Program-made: the position numbers and the translations under genes | In this document: piece after piece, positions 54,116 to 62,472 of the stretch | Position numbering within the stretch: the first letter of the stretch is position 1 | Layout of the letters: the number at the start of each line of letters is the position of its first letter | Notes under the pieces: model-generated | Seen by the model: the letters and a program-made list of their open reading frames with translations, nothing else | Told to the model about the DNA's origin: nothing | Databases searched by the model: none | From: a virus | Lineage: Duplodnaviria; Caudoviricetes | Strand: one strand, 5' to 3' | IMG/VR virus record: IMGVR_UViG_3300023283_000076 | Coordinates: 160,001 to 224,000 of that record | Length of the DNA stretch: 64,000 nucleotides

Positions 54116-54492
54116 TATTGTTCTATGGGTTCTTTTTGTATATTTCTATTTACAAGTGAAGATAGCGTGCGATCAACATCAGGTAATAATATTTCTTTAC
54201 CTGTTATAAACTCTTCTTCAATGTCTACTATATTATTATATTGAAGTACTAACCAAAATAAATTCGATTTTCTGTATACTCTAAATGCCAACAAATCTGG
54301 TCTTTTAGAAAATACTTCTGGTATTGTTATGCGTATGTCAGTAGCAGTATTTTTTTGAAGTGGTCTACGTTCCCACCATCCTAGTTTGTTTCCTTTGATT
54401 TCAGTATCACCACCATTTAACATTCTAGAATTTCTTTTTGCTAATGATGTTTTGTCTCTAAAAAGTTTAAATCTGTTGTTTTTACCAGCCAC
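54115..54492 (-). CDS. Baseplate wedge protein (gp53-like, LysM-like)
   Basis: RPDLLAFRVY..LFWLVLQYNNIVD..F..G..I.LP. Confidence 0.8.
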   Translation of the reverse strand: MAGKNNRFKLFRDKTSLAKRNSRMLNGGDTEIKGNKLGWWERRPLQKNTATDIRITIPEVFSKRPDLLAFRVYRKSNLFWLVLQYNNIVDIEEEFITGKEILLPDVDRTLSSLVNRNIQKEPIEQ

Positions 54493-55114
54493 CTAATTCA
54501 CCTCTTCTAAATTTATCTATATCAAACTGTCTTAATTCGTTTATTGATCTAGCTTCTTTTAATGACACCGAAACAGGCCAAATTATTGGTACATCATGTC
54601 CGTTGTCAGTTCTTATATAATCGACATCCTCGGGTTCTTCAATAGTAAGACTAGTTATTCTAACTTTAATACTATTAAACCAATTACCAAATCCTCTTAG
54701 TGTTAGTCTTGATGGGGTTTTAAGAGCATTTAACCCTCCTCCCGATTGTTCTGGCATTCTCCATGATCGTAATAGTTGAACGCTTTTCCAACTTTTACGT
54801 GCTTCTGATTTGGATCTGGAAACAAAACGCCCATTTATGGAGAACTCTCTACTAGGTGTTCCCATGTATATAAGCATGTTTGCCGCTTGTCGTATATCCC
54901 CAATTTCAAAATAAGACACACTCCCGGATTCTGAAAGTGTAGGTTGAATATCAAACTCTACTTTACCGGTTTCTTCCCCTTGCACTGGTACTTGAGCTTG
55001 GACGCCCGCAATCCCGGTGGGAACTGATCTAGTAGTACCAGTACTTTCATCAATATCATTACCAGTTAATGTTATTTTTCTATTTGAAGGAATTCTTGAT
55101 GCGTTAGCTGCCAT
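54482..55114 (-). CDS. Putative baseplate tube-initiator-like protein
   Basis: VEF..P.LSESGSV.Y..YMGTPSREFSING..P.RLTL.GFG..ITSL; synteny. Confidence 0.55.
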   Translation of the reverse strand: MAANASRIPSNRKITLTGNDIDESTGTTRSVPTGIAGVQAQVPVQGEETGKVEFDIQPTLSESGSVSYFEIGDIRQAANMLIYMGTPSREFSINGRFVSRSKSEARKSWKSVQLLRSWRMPEQSGGGLNALKTPSRLTLRGFGNWFNSIKVRITSLTIEEPEDVDYIRTDNGHDVPIIWPVSVSLKEARSINELRQFDIDKFRRGELGGW

Positions 55115-55143
55115 ATTTTTTTCTTACGTTTAAATGTTGTACA

Positions 55144-55197
55144 TATTTATCCGTTTAAAGTGTTTCTAATTTCATCTTTATAAGTATAGGATAAATA
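55144..55197. promoter_or_regulatory. Divergent late promoter variants GATAAATA (- at 55144-55151, + at 55190-55197)
   Basis: ATAAATA cores about 27-30 nt from each start codon. Confidence 0.55.
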
Positions 55198-55223
55198 TTG
55201 TTTAGTATTAGAATTAATTAATT

Positions 55224-56222
55224 ATGCAAGAAAACAATAAACAACCTAATCCTCTTATAGAAAAGAGTAGGGCAGCTATTCCGGGTGTTGTATTTCGTCT
55301 TCCCTCACGAGGGAAAATATATGATGAGGGTGTATTAGACGAAGGTGTAGAAGAAGGCGAGGTGCTAGTATATCCAATGCGCCTAAAAGAGGAACTCAAA
55401 ATGAAATCAGTGGATTCTATCTTACAAGGAACTGCTGTTTCTGATTCTATTAAATATTGTGTTCCTGAAGTGTTAGATCCTTTGAAATTGTGCCCGGAAG
55501 ATGTTGATTATTTAATAACAACAATTAAAAAAATGACTCATGGTAGTACGTTTAAATTTAAAGATACTTGCATGAAATTAGAAGACCATACAAATATTCC
55601 TACACCAGATAATGCATTATCTGAAATGAGTGAAGAAAATAGAACAAGTAATATTGAACTCCCCGAAGATGTCTCTCAAGATGACTCTGAGGGTTCTGAA
55701 AACAAAGCTGACACGCAAGATGCAATTAAAAAAGAAAATATAAACAATCTTGGAGAAAATAGTAGCGTATGTGAATTTAACGTGTCTTTGGATTTTTTTC
55801 TTAATAATGCAAAAGAACTTAATATTGATGAATATAAAGAAAAAAATGCATTAACATTGAATGGATTTAATATAGAATTTCATCCCATCACATTTGAAGC
55901 GTTTAAAGAATTAAATACGTTAAATCTTAAAGACCAAACTAAAATGGATGATGAAGAATATTTTAATTTTATAAATGAATTTAGTAATGTTAATATAGCT
56001 AGAAGAATTAAAAAAGTTGATGATATATCAGATCCAAATATTATATCTGAATGGGTAGAAACGTTATCTTTAAGTGATAGAGAAAAAATATTTAATAAGG
56101 TAGCTGAACTGCAAGACTGGGGTATAGACTTTTCGTATAATATTAAATGTAATACATGCGGGAAAACTAAAAAAACGGATCAATCATATATAAATCCGTT
56201 GTATTTTTTTTTAATATACTAA
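55224..56222 (+). CDS. Baseplate hub assembly chaperone (gp26-like)
   Basis: LPSRG..Y..PMRLKEE..DVDYL..I..MTHG; C-terminal CNTCG..NPLYFF. Confidence 0.8.
   Translation: MQENNKQPNPLIEKSRAAIPGVVFRLPSRGKIYDEGVLDEGVEEGEVLVYPMRLKEELKMKSVDSILQGTAVSDSIKYCVPEVLDPLKLCPEDVDYLITTIKKMTHGSTFKFKDTCMKLEDHTNIPTPDNALSEMSEENRTSNIELPEDVSQDDSEGSENKADTQDAIKKENINNLGENSSVCEFNVSLDFFLNNAKELNIDEYKEKNALTLNGFNIEFHPITFEAFKELNTLNLKDQTKMDDEEYFNFINEFSNVNIARRIKKVDDISDPNIISEWVETLSLSDREKIFNKVAELQDWGIDFSYNIKCNTCGKTKKTDQSYINPLYFFLIY
56204..56213 (+). promoter_or_regulatory. Candidate -1 programmed frameshift site (T9 run; T TTT TTT / T TTT TTA)
   Basis: -1 frame is open from the T-run into ORF 56255. Confidence 0.6.
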
Positions 56223-56254
56223 AGATCGGAAATACTGAGGAAATTACAAAATAT

Positions 56255-56461
56255 ATGAAAGCCCTGCAAAAGGGTAGCAGAAATCTTATACAATCTGCTA
56301 TACATATATCATATTTCATGCGTGGAGGCATTCAGTATGAAGATGTACTTGAAAGAACTTTCTTTGAAAGAAGCGAAATGATAGATTACATAAATGATAG
56401 GATAAAACGTGAATCAGAAAAATGCAGGGAGAGTAAAGGAAAGCTCCCGCCAATATACTAA
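56255..56461 (+). CDS. gp51-like small chaperone, possibly expressed as a frameshift fusion
   Basis: ISYFMRGGIQYEDVLERTFFER; downstream of the gp26-like gene. Confidence 0.7.
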   Translation: MKALQKGSRNLIQSAIHISYFMRGGIQYEDVLERTFFERSEMIDYINDRIKRESEKCRESKGKLPPIY

Positions 56462-57158
56462 TATAATTTCTATAGACCCATCCACCAGTTGTACTGGATT
56501 ATGTATAAATGGAAAGTTATATACTATTGTTCAACACGAACTCGCATATACTAAAAAAGATAAAGCAAAACGATGGTTCGAACTTTCTTCTTCGTTCTGT
56601 GATATAATAACATATAATAAAAGATCTAAAACCGGTTCTTATTCAGAAGAAGAAATATCAAAACTTGAGTATTATTATAATATAACCGATCATATAATTA
56701 ATGTAATAAAATCTAACGTTGTTGATTTTAAAAATTCAGTTGTTTTAATAGAAGGATTTAGCTATGGTTCGTCTTCTGGTCATTTAATAGATTTAGTTGG
56801 TCTTTCTACTCTAGTCAGATCAAGATTATGGAATATGGGTTTTAATATAAAAATTATAGCACCCGCAGACTTAAAAGCAATGACTGCAAGATTAAGTTAC
56901 GACCCTATAGATGTTGGCAAAAAGAAACCTAAATTAGAGTGGAGAAACAATAGTGGTGTGTCTGGTGGATCCTTTGATAAACATGATATGTATTCAGCAA
57001 TATTAGACAGTAGTAAAACAAACTCAAAATGGAAAACATTTTTACAAGAATATTCAGATGAAATATTGAACATGAAAAATGTTCCAAAACCTATAGATGA
57101 TATTAATGATGCGTTTTTATTATATAAAATATTTAAAGAGAGTTTAACCCCCCGATAA
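56409..57158 (+). CDS. RuvC-like Holliday junction resolvase (start uncertain)
   Basis: ISIDPSTSCTG, VLIEGFSYG, P.DLK, DDINDA. Confidence 0.8.
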   Translation: MNQKNAGRVKESSRQYTNIISIDPSTSCTGLCINGKLYTIVQHELAYTKKDKAKRWFELSSSFCDIITYNKRSKTGSYSEEEISKLEYYYNITDHIINVIKSNVVDFKNSVVLIEGFSYGSSSGHLIDLVGLSTLVRSRLWNMGFNIKIIAPADLKAMTARLSYDPIDVGKKKPKLEWRNNSGVSGGSFDKHDMYSAILDSSKTNSKWKTFLQEYSDEILNMKNVPKPIDDINDAFLLYKIFKESLTPR

Positions 57159-57188
57159 ATAGTTTAATACTGTTCAATTATATATAAG

Positions 57189-58532
57189 ATGAAAATACAA
57201 AATGTAATACATATTGTCGAAAATGTTTTATTTGAAATATCTAGACATGGTAGTGAATCCGCAACTCATATGTCTGACGAAGATTATCAAGAAGTTCGTC
57301 AATTTTTAAATGTTTTAGTTAATATAATTAAAACAGAAAGTGACAATAAAGACATGTCATTGAAAGAGTTGAACTCTAGCCTTCAACTTATTAGGAACAA
57401 TAGTGCCAAACAATATATATTCGGAAAATCTAAATCAATTAAAAGATCTTCCACCCAGTCATCATATCGAAAAGATGATGAAGAACGGATATCTTCATTT
57501 GCTGGCCCAGAAGAGAAAGAATTTTCAGTGTCTTCCCAGAGAGCGGAAGACACTGTACATGTAGCTAAAGCATTGGATAAAATGGGTTATGTTAAACTGG
57601 ATTTTGCTTCTGAAACCTTTAATATCATAGACACACCAGCACTTGCTAGAATAAGAAACATGGTTCAAGTTGGGTTCGACCGTGCAAAACTTTCTACTGT
57701 ATCTCAAGCATTGGAAAGATTTGATGATCTTAGACATCTATATGCGGGCTATGCAAAAAATAGATTACAACCAGATGAGGATACTATACATGGTCAATCA
57801 CAGATTAAAGAGTTGACACCTAACATCATGGCATTTTTAGCTCAAGTTAGTAGAAAAAGAAAGGGTGGTGAAAAATGGCATGAACATCTAGATCCGAGTA
57901 ATTATGAAAATAGATATTTCCGTGGCAATACAGAAGGATACTTTACTTATGATCCTCATGAAGCTGCTGATGAGTTACAGCGTTTAGGGTTAGCTAAACA
58001 AACAAAATCTGGAACATATACATTAGATAAGGATAGTATAGAAAAATCTGTAAGAGAATTCAAGAGAATCGCAGAAACATTATTATCTGGTGCATTATTA
58101 GTCAATCCAATTAGTAAAACCGGAGCCCCAAACGAAAAAGAGCAAAAAGTTAGACAAACCATTAATTTTGTAAAACAACATTTTTCAGACAAAATTTGGA
58201 ATAATGCGAAAAAAAGTGTATATCGTAAAATGGAAGATGTCGGGGGATCTGTAAAACAGGCACTAGACTTTTATATTAGTTCTAAAGAACAAACAGGACT
58301 AAACGCTGATAGTAGAGTTTCAAAACAATTGAATGATGTAGATAAAACTATTGTGGGCACCGTTATAGATTTTGCGACGGCAAAATTGGTATTGCGTAAA
58401 ATGTTGTTTGATGCACGTTATGTATTGGGTAATCCTAAGAAAAATGTTCCTAATTTCATTTCCACCAAGGATGTTTCTCTTGCCGGTAGAGTCATTGATA
58501 AGGGAATACATACTCGAAAAGCTAGAGTTTAA
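57189..58532 (+). CDS. Hypothetical late protein
   Basis: 447-aa ORF; GATAAATA at 57154-57161; IVE/LFE sites near the N-terminus. Confidence 0.65.
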   Translation: MKIQNVIHIVENVLFEISRHGSESATHMSDEDYQEVRQFLNVLVNIIKTESDNKDMSLKELNSSLQLIRNNSAKQYIFGKSKSIKRSSTQSSYRKDDEERISSFAGPEEKEFSVSSQRAEDTVHVAKALDKMGYVKLDFASETFNIIDTPALARIRNMVQVGFDRAKLSTVSQALERFDDLRHLYAGYAKNRLQPDEDTIHGQSQIKELTPNIMAFLAQVSRKRKGGEKWHEHLDPSNYENRYFRGNTEGYFTYDPHEAADELQRLGLAKQTKSGTYTLDKDSIEKSVREFKRIAETLLSGALLVNPISKTGAPNEKEQKVRQTINFVKQHFSDKIWNNAKKSVYRKMEDVGGSVKQALDFYISSKEQTGLNADSRVSKQLNDVDKTIVGTVIDFATAKLVLRKMLFDARYVLGNPKKNVPNFISTKDVSLAGRVIDKGIHTRKARV

Positions 58533-58546
58533 ATGTTAAACAAATC

Positions 58547-58577
58547 TTGACACACATCTTTTAAGGGTGTATAAATA
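58547..58577 (+). promoter_or_regulatory. Near-consensus sigma70 promoter with an overlapping late promoter
   Basis: TTGACA(58547)-N17-TATAAA(58570); TATAAATA at 58570-58577. Confidence 0.8.
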
Positions 58578-58579
58578 AC

Positions 58580-59170
58580 ACACTGTTCGTTGATATACAT
58601 GATTTCAACGCTACAATTAAACATTTTAAAATCCTGAACAGGCTGCACAATAGCACTTATACAGTGTTCGTCGGACAAGGGTGATATTAAATGATGAAAA
58701 ATAATATCAGTTTACTCCCCTTAAAGGTCTGGATGAGAGAATAGTATATTGAAAAGGTTTTAGCAGGGTTCAAACTAATAATATATTATATTCTTGACTC
58801 ATCGAAACCCCTCTCAATATTCATCATGTTGAGAGAGGTCCTGAATCTTTTTTAAGATTGTGAGGATCGACAGTCATTATTCATGTAATGATGATATCTT
58901 TAAATGATGGTATAAAGATTTTGATGTCACACCATCTAGGTTGGAGAGGGCAATTTCCTAATTTAAATTTTAAATAAAAAATGGGGGAGGGAGAGTCTTT
59001 AAAACTCTTAGAAGTTGAATCTTAGAAGTTAAAGATAAAATTGTCAAAAAAGACAATAAAAATGCGAGCGTTAGCGAGTATTTTTATTGTCTCTTCCGAT
59101 GAAAAGAAATATAAATTTTTCAAAAACTGGCGTTTTTGCAGGGAGTTCTTTTTTCAAGAACTCCCTGCCT
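58580..59170 (+). ncRNA. Candidate structured non-coding RNA or replication origin
   Basis: No ORF of 60 aa or more; own promoter; many hairpins including two perfect 13-bp stems. Confidence 0.4.
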
Positions 59171-59171
59171 C

Positions 59172-59200
59172 TTGATTATTTGTGGTACCTGTGGTAGAAT
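59172..59200 (+). promoter_or_regulatory. Sigma70 promoter (extended -10) for the helicase
   Basis: TTGATT-N17-TAGAAT with a TGn extension. Confidence 0.7.
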
Positions 59201-59223
59201 GTGTTTTAAAAATGGAGACCATA

Positions 59224-60885
59224 ATGCCCTTACTGACAGAAGCTCAACTTTTAGAAAAGAAAGAACAAGAGCTTATAGACCAATTAGATAAAAGAACAAT
59301 GAATAAAAGTTGGGGAACAATATTACCAAAATTTACTCCTAGAAGCTCTCAGACACATGTGATGGAATGGATTAATGAATTGCCAGCACATGTTAAATAT
59401 GTAATGTGTGAGATGCCTGTGGGATCAGGCAAATCTCCTCTAGCAATGGCGTTCAGTGGTTATATCAATAATGGAATGGGTAATGCCTTCATAATGACAC
59501 CACAAAAGACATTACAACGCCAGTACGAAGAATCATTTGAAAAAGAAATATTAGCTTCAGTATACGGGCGTTCGAATTATAAATGCGAAGCGAAAAATAC
59601 AACATGTGATGTAGGGTCAGATATTAAACCTAAATGTGAAGAATGCCCAGCAGATTGCGCTAGAGAGGTAGCATTGAGTTCTCCTAATATGGTATTGAAT
59701 TATAGTATTGCATTGACGTATTTTAAATATCTTAAACATAAAATACCTGCACGAGATGTTATGGTATTTGATGAATGTCATGTATTAGAATCACATTTGG
59801 TAGAATTCAGTTCATTGAATATCAGCAAGAATATATGTAAAAAATATTCAGTAAAATTTAAAAAACCGAAAAACTCTGATGATGCCATTCAATTTCTAGA
59901 AAAGGTATATCATCCTGCAGTATGTGAAAAAATTAGTGAATATAGAAAGCATATAACGCAGTTAGACAATTCTTTTAGTAATAAGCTATCCAAGGCTGAC
60001 ATTAAAGTAATAAAAGCTTACAAAGCTGCTACAGAGCATAGAGACACCATTCAAGAGGTATTGTCTACAGATAGAAAATACTTTGATAAAAAGTATGTAT
60101 TAATTGTTGATAATGATTATTTTAAATTTAAAGAATTATTCGGTAAAAACAATTTTAGAAACTTATGTTTACCTAAAGCAAATCGTTTTCTATTCATGTC
60201 ATCTACAATATTGGATAAAGAAGGCTTCTGTAATGATTTGGGTATCAATTCAGATGAAGCTGCAATGATTTCAGTTGATTCAGAATTTAATGTACAAAAT
60301 CGAGAAGTAATATATAAACCAATAACAAAAATGAACTATGGTTGGCATACCCCAGAACGCTCAAATGAACGTAAAAAAATGATTAAAACCATAAATCATA
60401 TATGCAATTACCATAACAACGAATCTGGTATAATTCATAGTGGAAGTTTTAAAGTTGCAGAATGGATATTACATAATATAAACTGTCCACATGAAATCAT
60501 TGACCACAACCCAAGTGGAGAAAGAACTAGAGATGATGCCATCGAATATTTTTTGGAAAATTCACAATTACGACCGATGATATTGGTATCACCTTCTGTG
60601 ACTGAGGGCATGGATTTAAAGGACGACCGTGCTAGATTTGGGATTATCACAAAAGTGCCATATCCATTTTTGGGTGATGCATGGGTTAAAAGACGTATGC
60701 AATTATCTAAAGATTGGTATAATCGTCAGGCCATTACGGGAATCATCCAAGGCTGCGGACGTGTTGTACGTTCTAAAGAGGATTGGGGACAAATTTATAT
60801 ACTTGACGAATCTTTTTCTTATTTGTATAAGCAAACATTAAAAATGATTCCCCAATGGTGGAAAGACGGACTAATTGTACTCTAA
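59224..60885 (+). CDS. DinG/Rad3-like SF2 helicase (start revised from 59182)
   Basis: MPVGSGKS, DECH, SSTI, HSGS, EGMDL..KVPYP..QGCGRVVRS.EDWG; GGAG RBS before ATG 59224. Confidence 0.92.
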   Translation: MPLLTEAQLLEKKEQELIDQLDKRTMNKSWGTILPKFTPRSSQTHVMEWINELPAHVKYVMCEMPVGSGKSPLAMAFSGYINNGMGNAFIMTPQKTLQRQYEESFEKEILASVYGRSNYKCEAKNTTCDVGSDIKPKCEECPADCAREVALSSPNMVLNYSIALTYFKYLKHKIPARDVMVFDECHVLESHLVEFSSLNISKNICKKYSVKFKKPKNSDDAIQFLEKVYHPAVCEKISEYRKHITQLDNSFSNKLSKADIKVIKAYKAATEHRDTIQEVLSTDRKYFDKKYVLIVDNDYFKFKELFGKNNFRNLCLPKANRFLFMSSTILDKEGFCNDLGINSDEAAMISVDSEFNVQNREVIYKPITKMNYGWHTPERSNERKKMIKTINHICNYHNNESGIIHSGSFKVAEWILHNINCPHEIIDHNPSGERTRDDAIEYFLENSQLRPMILVSPSVTEGMDLKDDRARFGIITKVPYPFLGDAWVKRRMQLSKDWYNRQAITGIIQGCGRVVRSKEDWGQIYILDESFSYLYKQTLKMIPQWWKDGLIVL

Positions 60886-60960
60886 GAGATCGTCTAATTG
60901 TACCTTACATGTATCATGGAGTTGATAGTATCATTTTTTCACGGTGAAAGTACCCCTTTA

Positions 60961-60990
60961 TTGACAAACGACAATGTTATATGGTAGTAT
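60961..60990 (+). promoter_or_regulatory. Sigma70-type early promoter
   Basis: TTGACA-N18-TAGTAT with TGn. Confidence 0.65.
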
Positions 60991-61017
60991 GGTAAATAAA
61001 TTACAAAGATATATAGA

Positions 61018-61197
61018 ATGAAAAAATTAAAAGATCTATACTATAGAGAACACAAGCGTTGTCCTAAATGTGGAAATGCTACACTTTATCAAAATTACGT
61101 TGGATTTATAGAACGTCATGGGGTAATTTATAAAGATATGAATGATGCATCGTGTAAATGTGGTTGGCGTGGCATGGTACATGATTTAATAAAATAA
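61018..61197 (+). CDS. 59-aa Zn-ribbon-like protein (below the ORF-track cutoff)
   Basis: MKKLKDLYYREHKRCPKCG...DASCKCGWRGMVHDLIK. Confidence 0.7.
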   Translation: MKKLKDLYYREHKRCPKCGNATLYQNYVGFIERHGVIYKDMNDASCKCGWRGMVHDLIK

Positions 61198-61210
61198 TTG
61201 GAGAAATTAA

Positions 61211-61645
61211 ATGACAGATGAATTTATAAAAATGATAAATGAAATCGAGAAGGGACGTGTACAATATCTTGATATACCAATTAAAGATTGGGAAAAACTA
61301 CGTGATGCACATTATAGAGAAATTCATAAAAAAGAAGAAACACAAACCGATGATAATGTAATAACAGTTGATATTCCTGAAAAAGAGTTGTTAAGTTTAT
61401 GCTTAATGGCACATGAAAAAAATATAACGTTAAATCAATTAGTAAATGACATATTGCGTGATACAATAAAACAGAAACAACCAATTGACCAAACTGAATT
61501 TTTAAATGAATGTTATAAAATTTTTAGTTTTGGTTTAATACAAATAGAGTCATCACTTAGACACAATAATATTAAAGGAGCTAAGGAAAAAATTGCCAAA
61601 ATGTGGGAAGAAGTGGCCACTGCCGAGAGGTTATATACGGATTAA
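61211..61645 (+). CDS. Hypothetical early protein
   Basis: GGAG RBS; LMAHEKNITLNQLVNDIL, possibly ribbon-helix-helix-like. Confidence 0.7.
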   Translation: MTDEFIKMINEIEKGRVQYLDIPIKDWEKLRDAHYREIHKKEETQTDDNVITVDIPEKELLSLCLMAHEKNITLNQLVNDILRDTIKQKQPIDQTEFLNECYKIFSFGLIQIESSLRHNNIKGAKEKIAKMWEEVATAERLYTD

Positions 61646-61654
61646 GGATTAAGT

Positions 61655-61876
61655 ATGAGAAATTTTTTAAAAACTGTAAAACATGTATCGTTTAAAGAAC
61701 TTAAAAAAATTGTTAAATCTCAAGATATGGATTATGCTGGCATATGTGACCCCGGACAACCGTCGAAAGAAGCTCAGGAGTTATATAAAAGATCGATGGA
61801 AGCAGAATTTAATCCTATGGAACGTAGACTTATTCGATATGAATTGAACATAGAAGGGTTGAGCGATCCAGAATAA
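61655..61876 (+). CDS. Hypothetical protein
   Basis: AAGGA RBS, co-directional. Confidence 0.6.
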   Translation: MRNFLKTVKHVSFKELKKIVKSQDMDYAGICDPGQPSKEAQELYKRSMEAEFNPMERRLIRYELNIEGLSDPE

Positions 61877-61898
61877 TATATTATTTAGGAGATAAAAA

Positions 61899-62390
61899 AT
61901 GGTAGAGAAAGTAATAATCGAAAAATATCGATCATTTGATGAAAAACTATTTGACGATATCGAAAGTTGCAAAAATCATGAACATCTTATTATAGATATA
62001 AGATCAGTAGAAATGGCATTAGAACCCATCCCAAAGGATGTTAATTTTCTTAATGGTCATGGATACGTCCAACATAACCCATTAAACTTTAATATTGCTA
62101 TGAGTTCTTTATTTGAATTGTTAAAATCGCATATTAATGACACACCAGAGAATAAAGGGGTAAGGTCCGCAGTAGAAGATGCATGTAGAGTATCGGAGCA
62201 CACACCCGAAAAAATGTCCAATCTATCTAGATTGTTGGAATATAATGGTGTTAATTCTTATTTGATTGCTTTGATGCGAGACAGATTCAATAATATTGAT
62301 AGTAGGCTTAGAGAATGGGGGCAATTATATTTTGCATTAAATCCCGACGCGGGTGACCAACATTGTTTAAATAAGAAAGAAATATGTTAA
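61899..62390 (+). CDS. Hypothetical protein
   Basis: AGGAG RBS. Confidence 0.7.
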   Translation: MVEKVIIEKYRSFDEKLFDDIESCKNHEHLIIDIRSVEMALEPIPKDVNFLNGHGYVQHNPLNFNIAMSSLFELLKSHINDTPENKGVRSAVEDACRVSEHTPEKMSNLSRLLEYNGVNSYLIALMRDRFNNIDSRLREWGQLYFALNPDAGDQHCLNKKEIC

Positions 62391-62472
62391 GGGAATGGAA
62401 TTTGGCACCCTTCCCCTCCTAAAGTGCGAGAAGGAAAGGAGTCTTTGCTTTTTGATAAAAACTTAAAAAAAA

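Noticed and set aside
58580-59170. tRNA, tmRNA, RNase P or hammerhead ribozyme
   Set aside because: No cloverleaf, no CCA-ended acceptor, no tag reading frame and no CUGAUGA/GAAA core recognised.
59182-59223. Helicase start at GTG 59182
   Set aside because: It lies inside the predicted promoter; ATG 59224 has a GGAG RBS.
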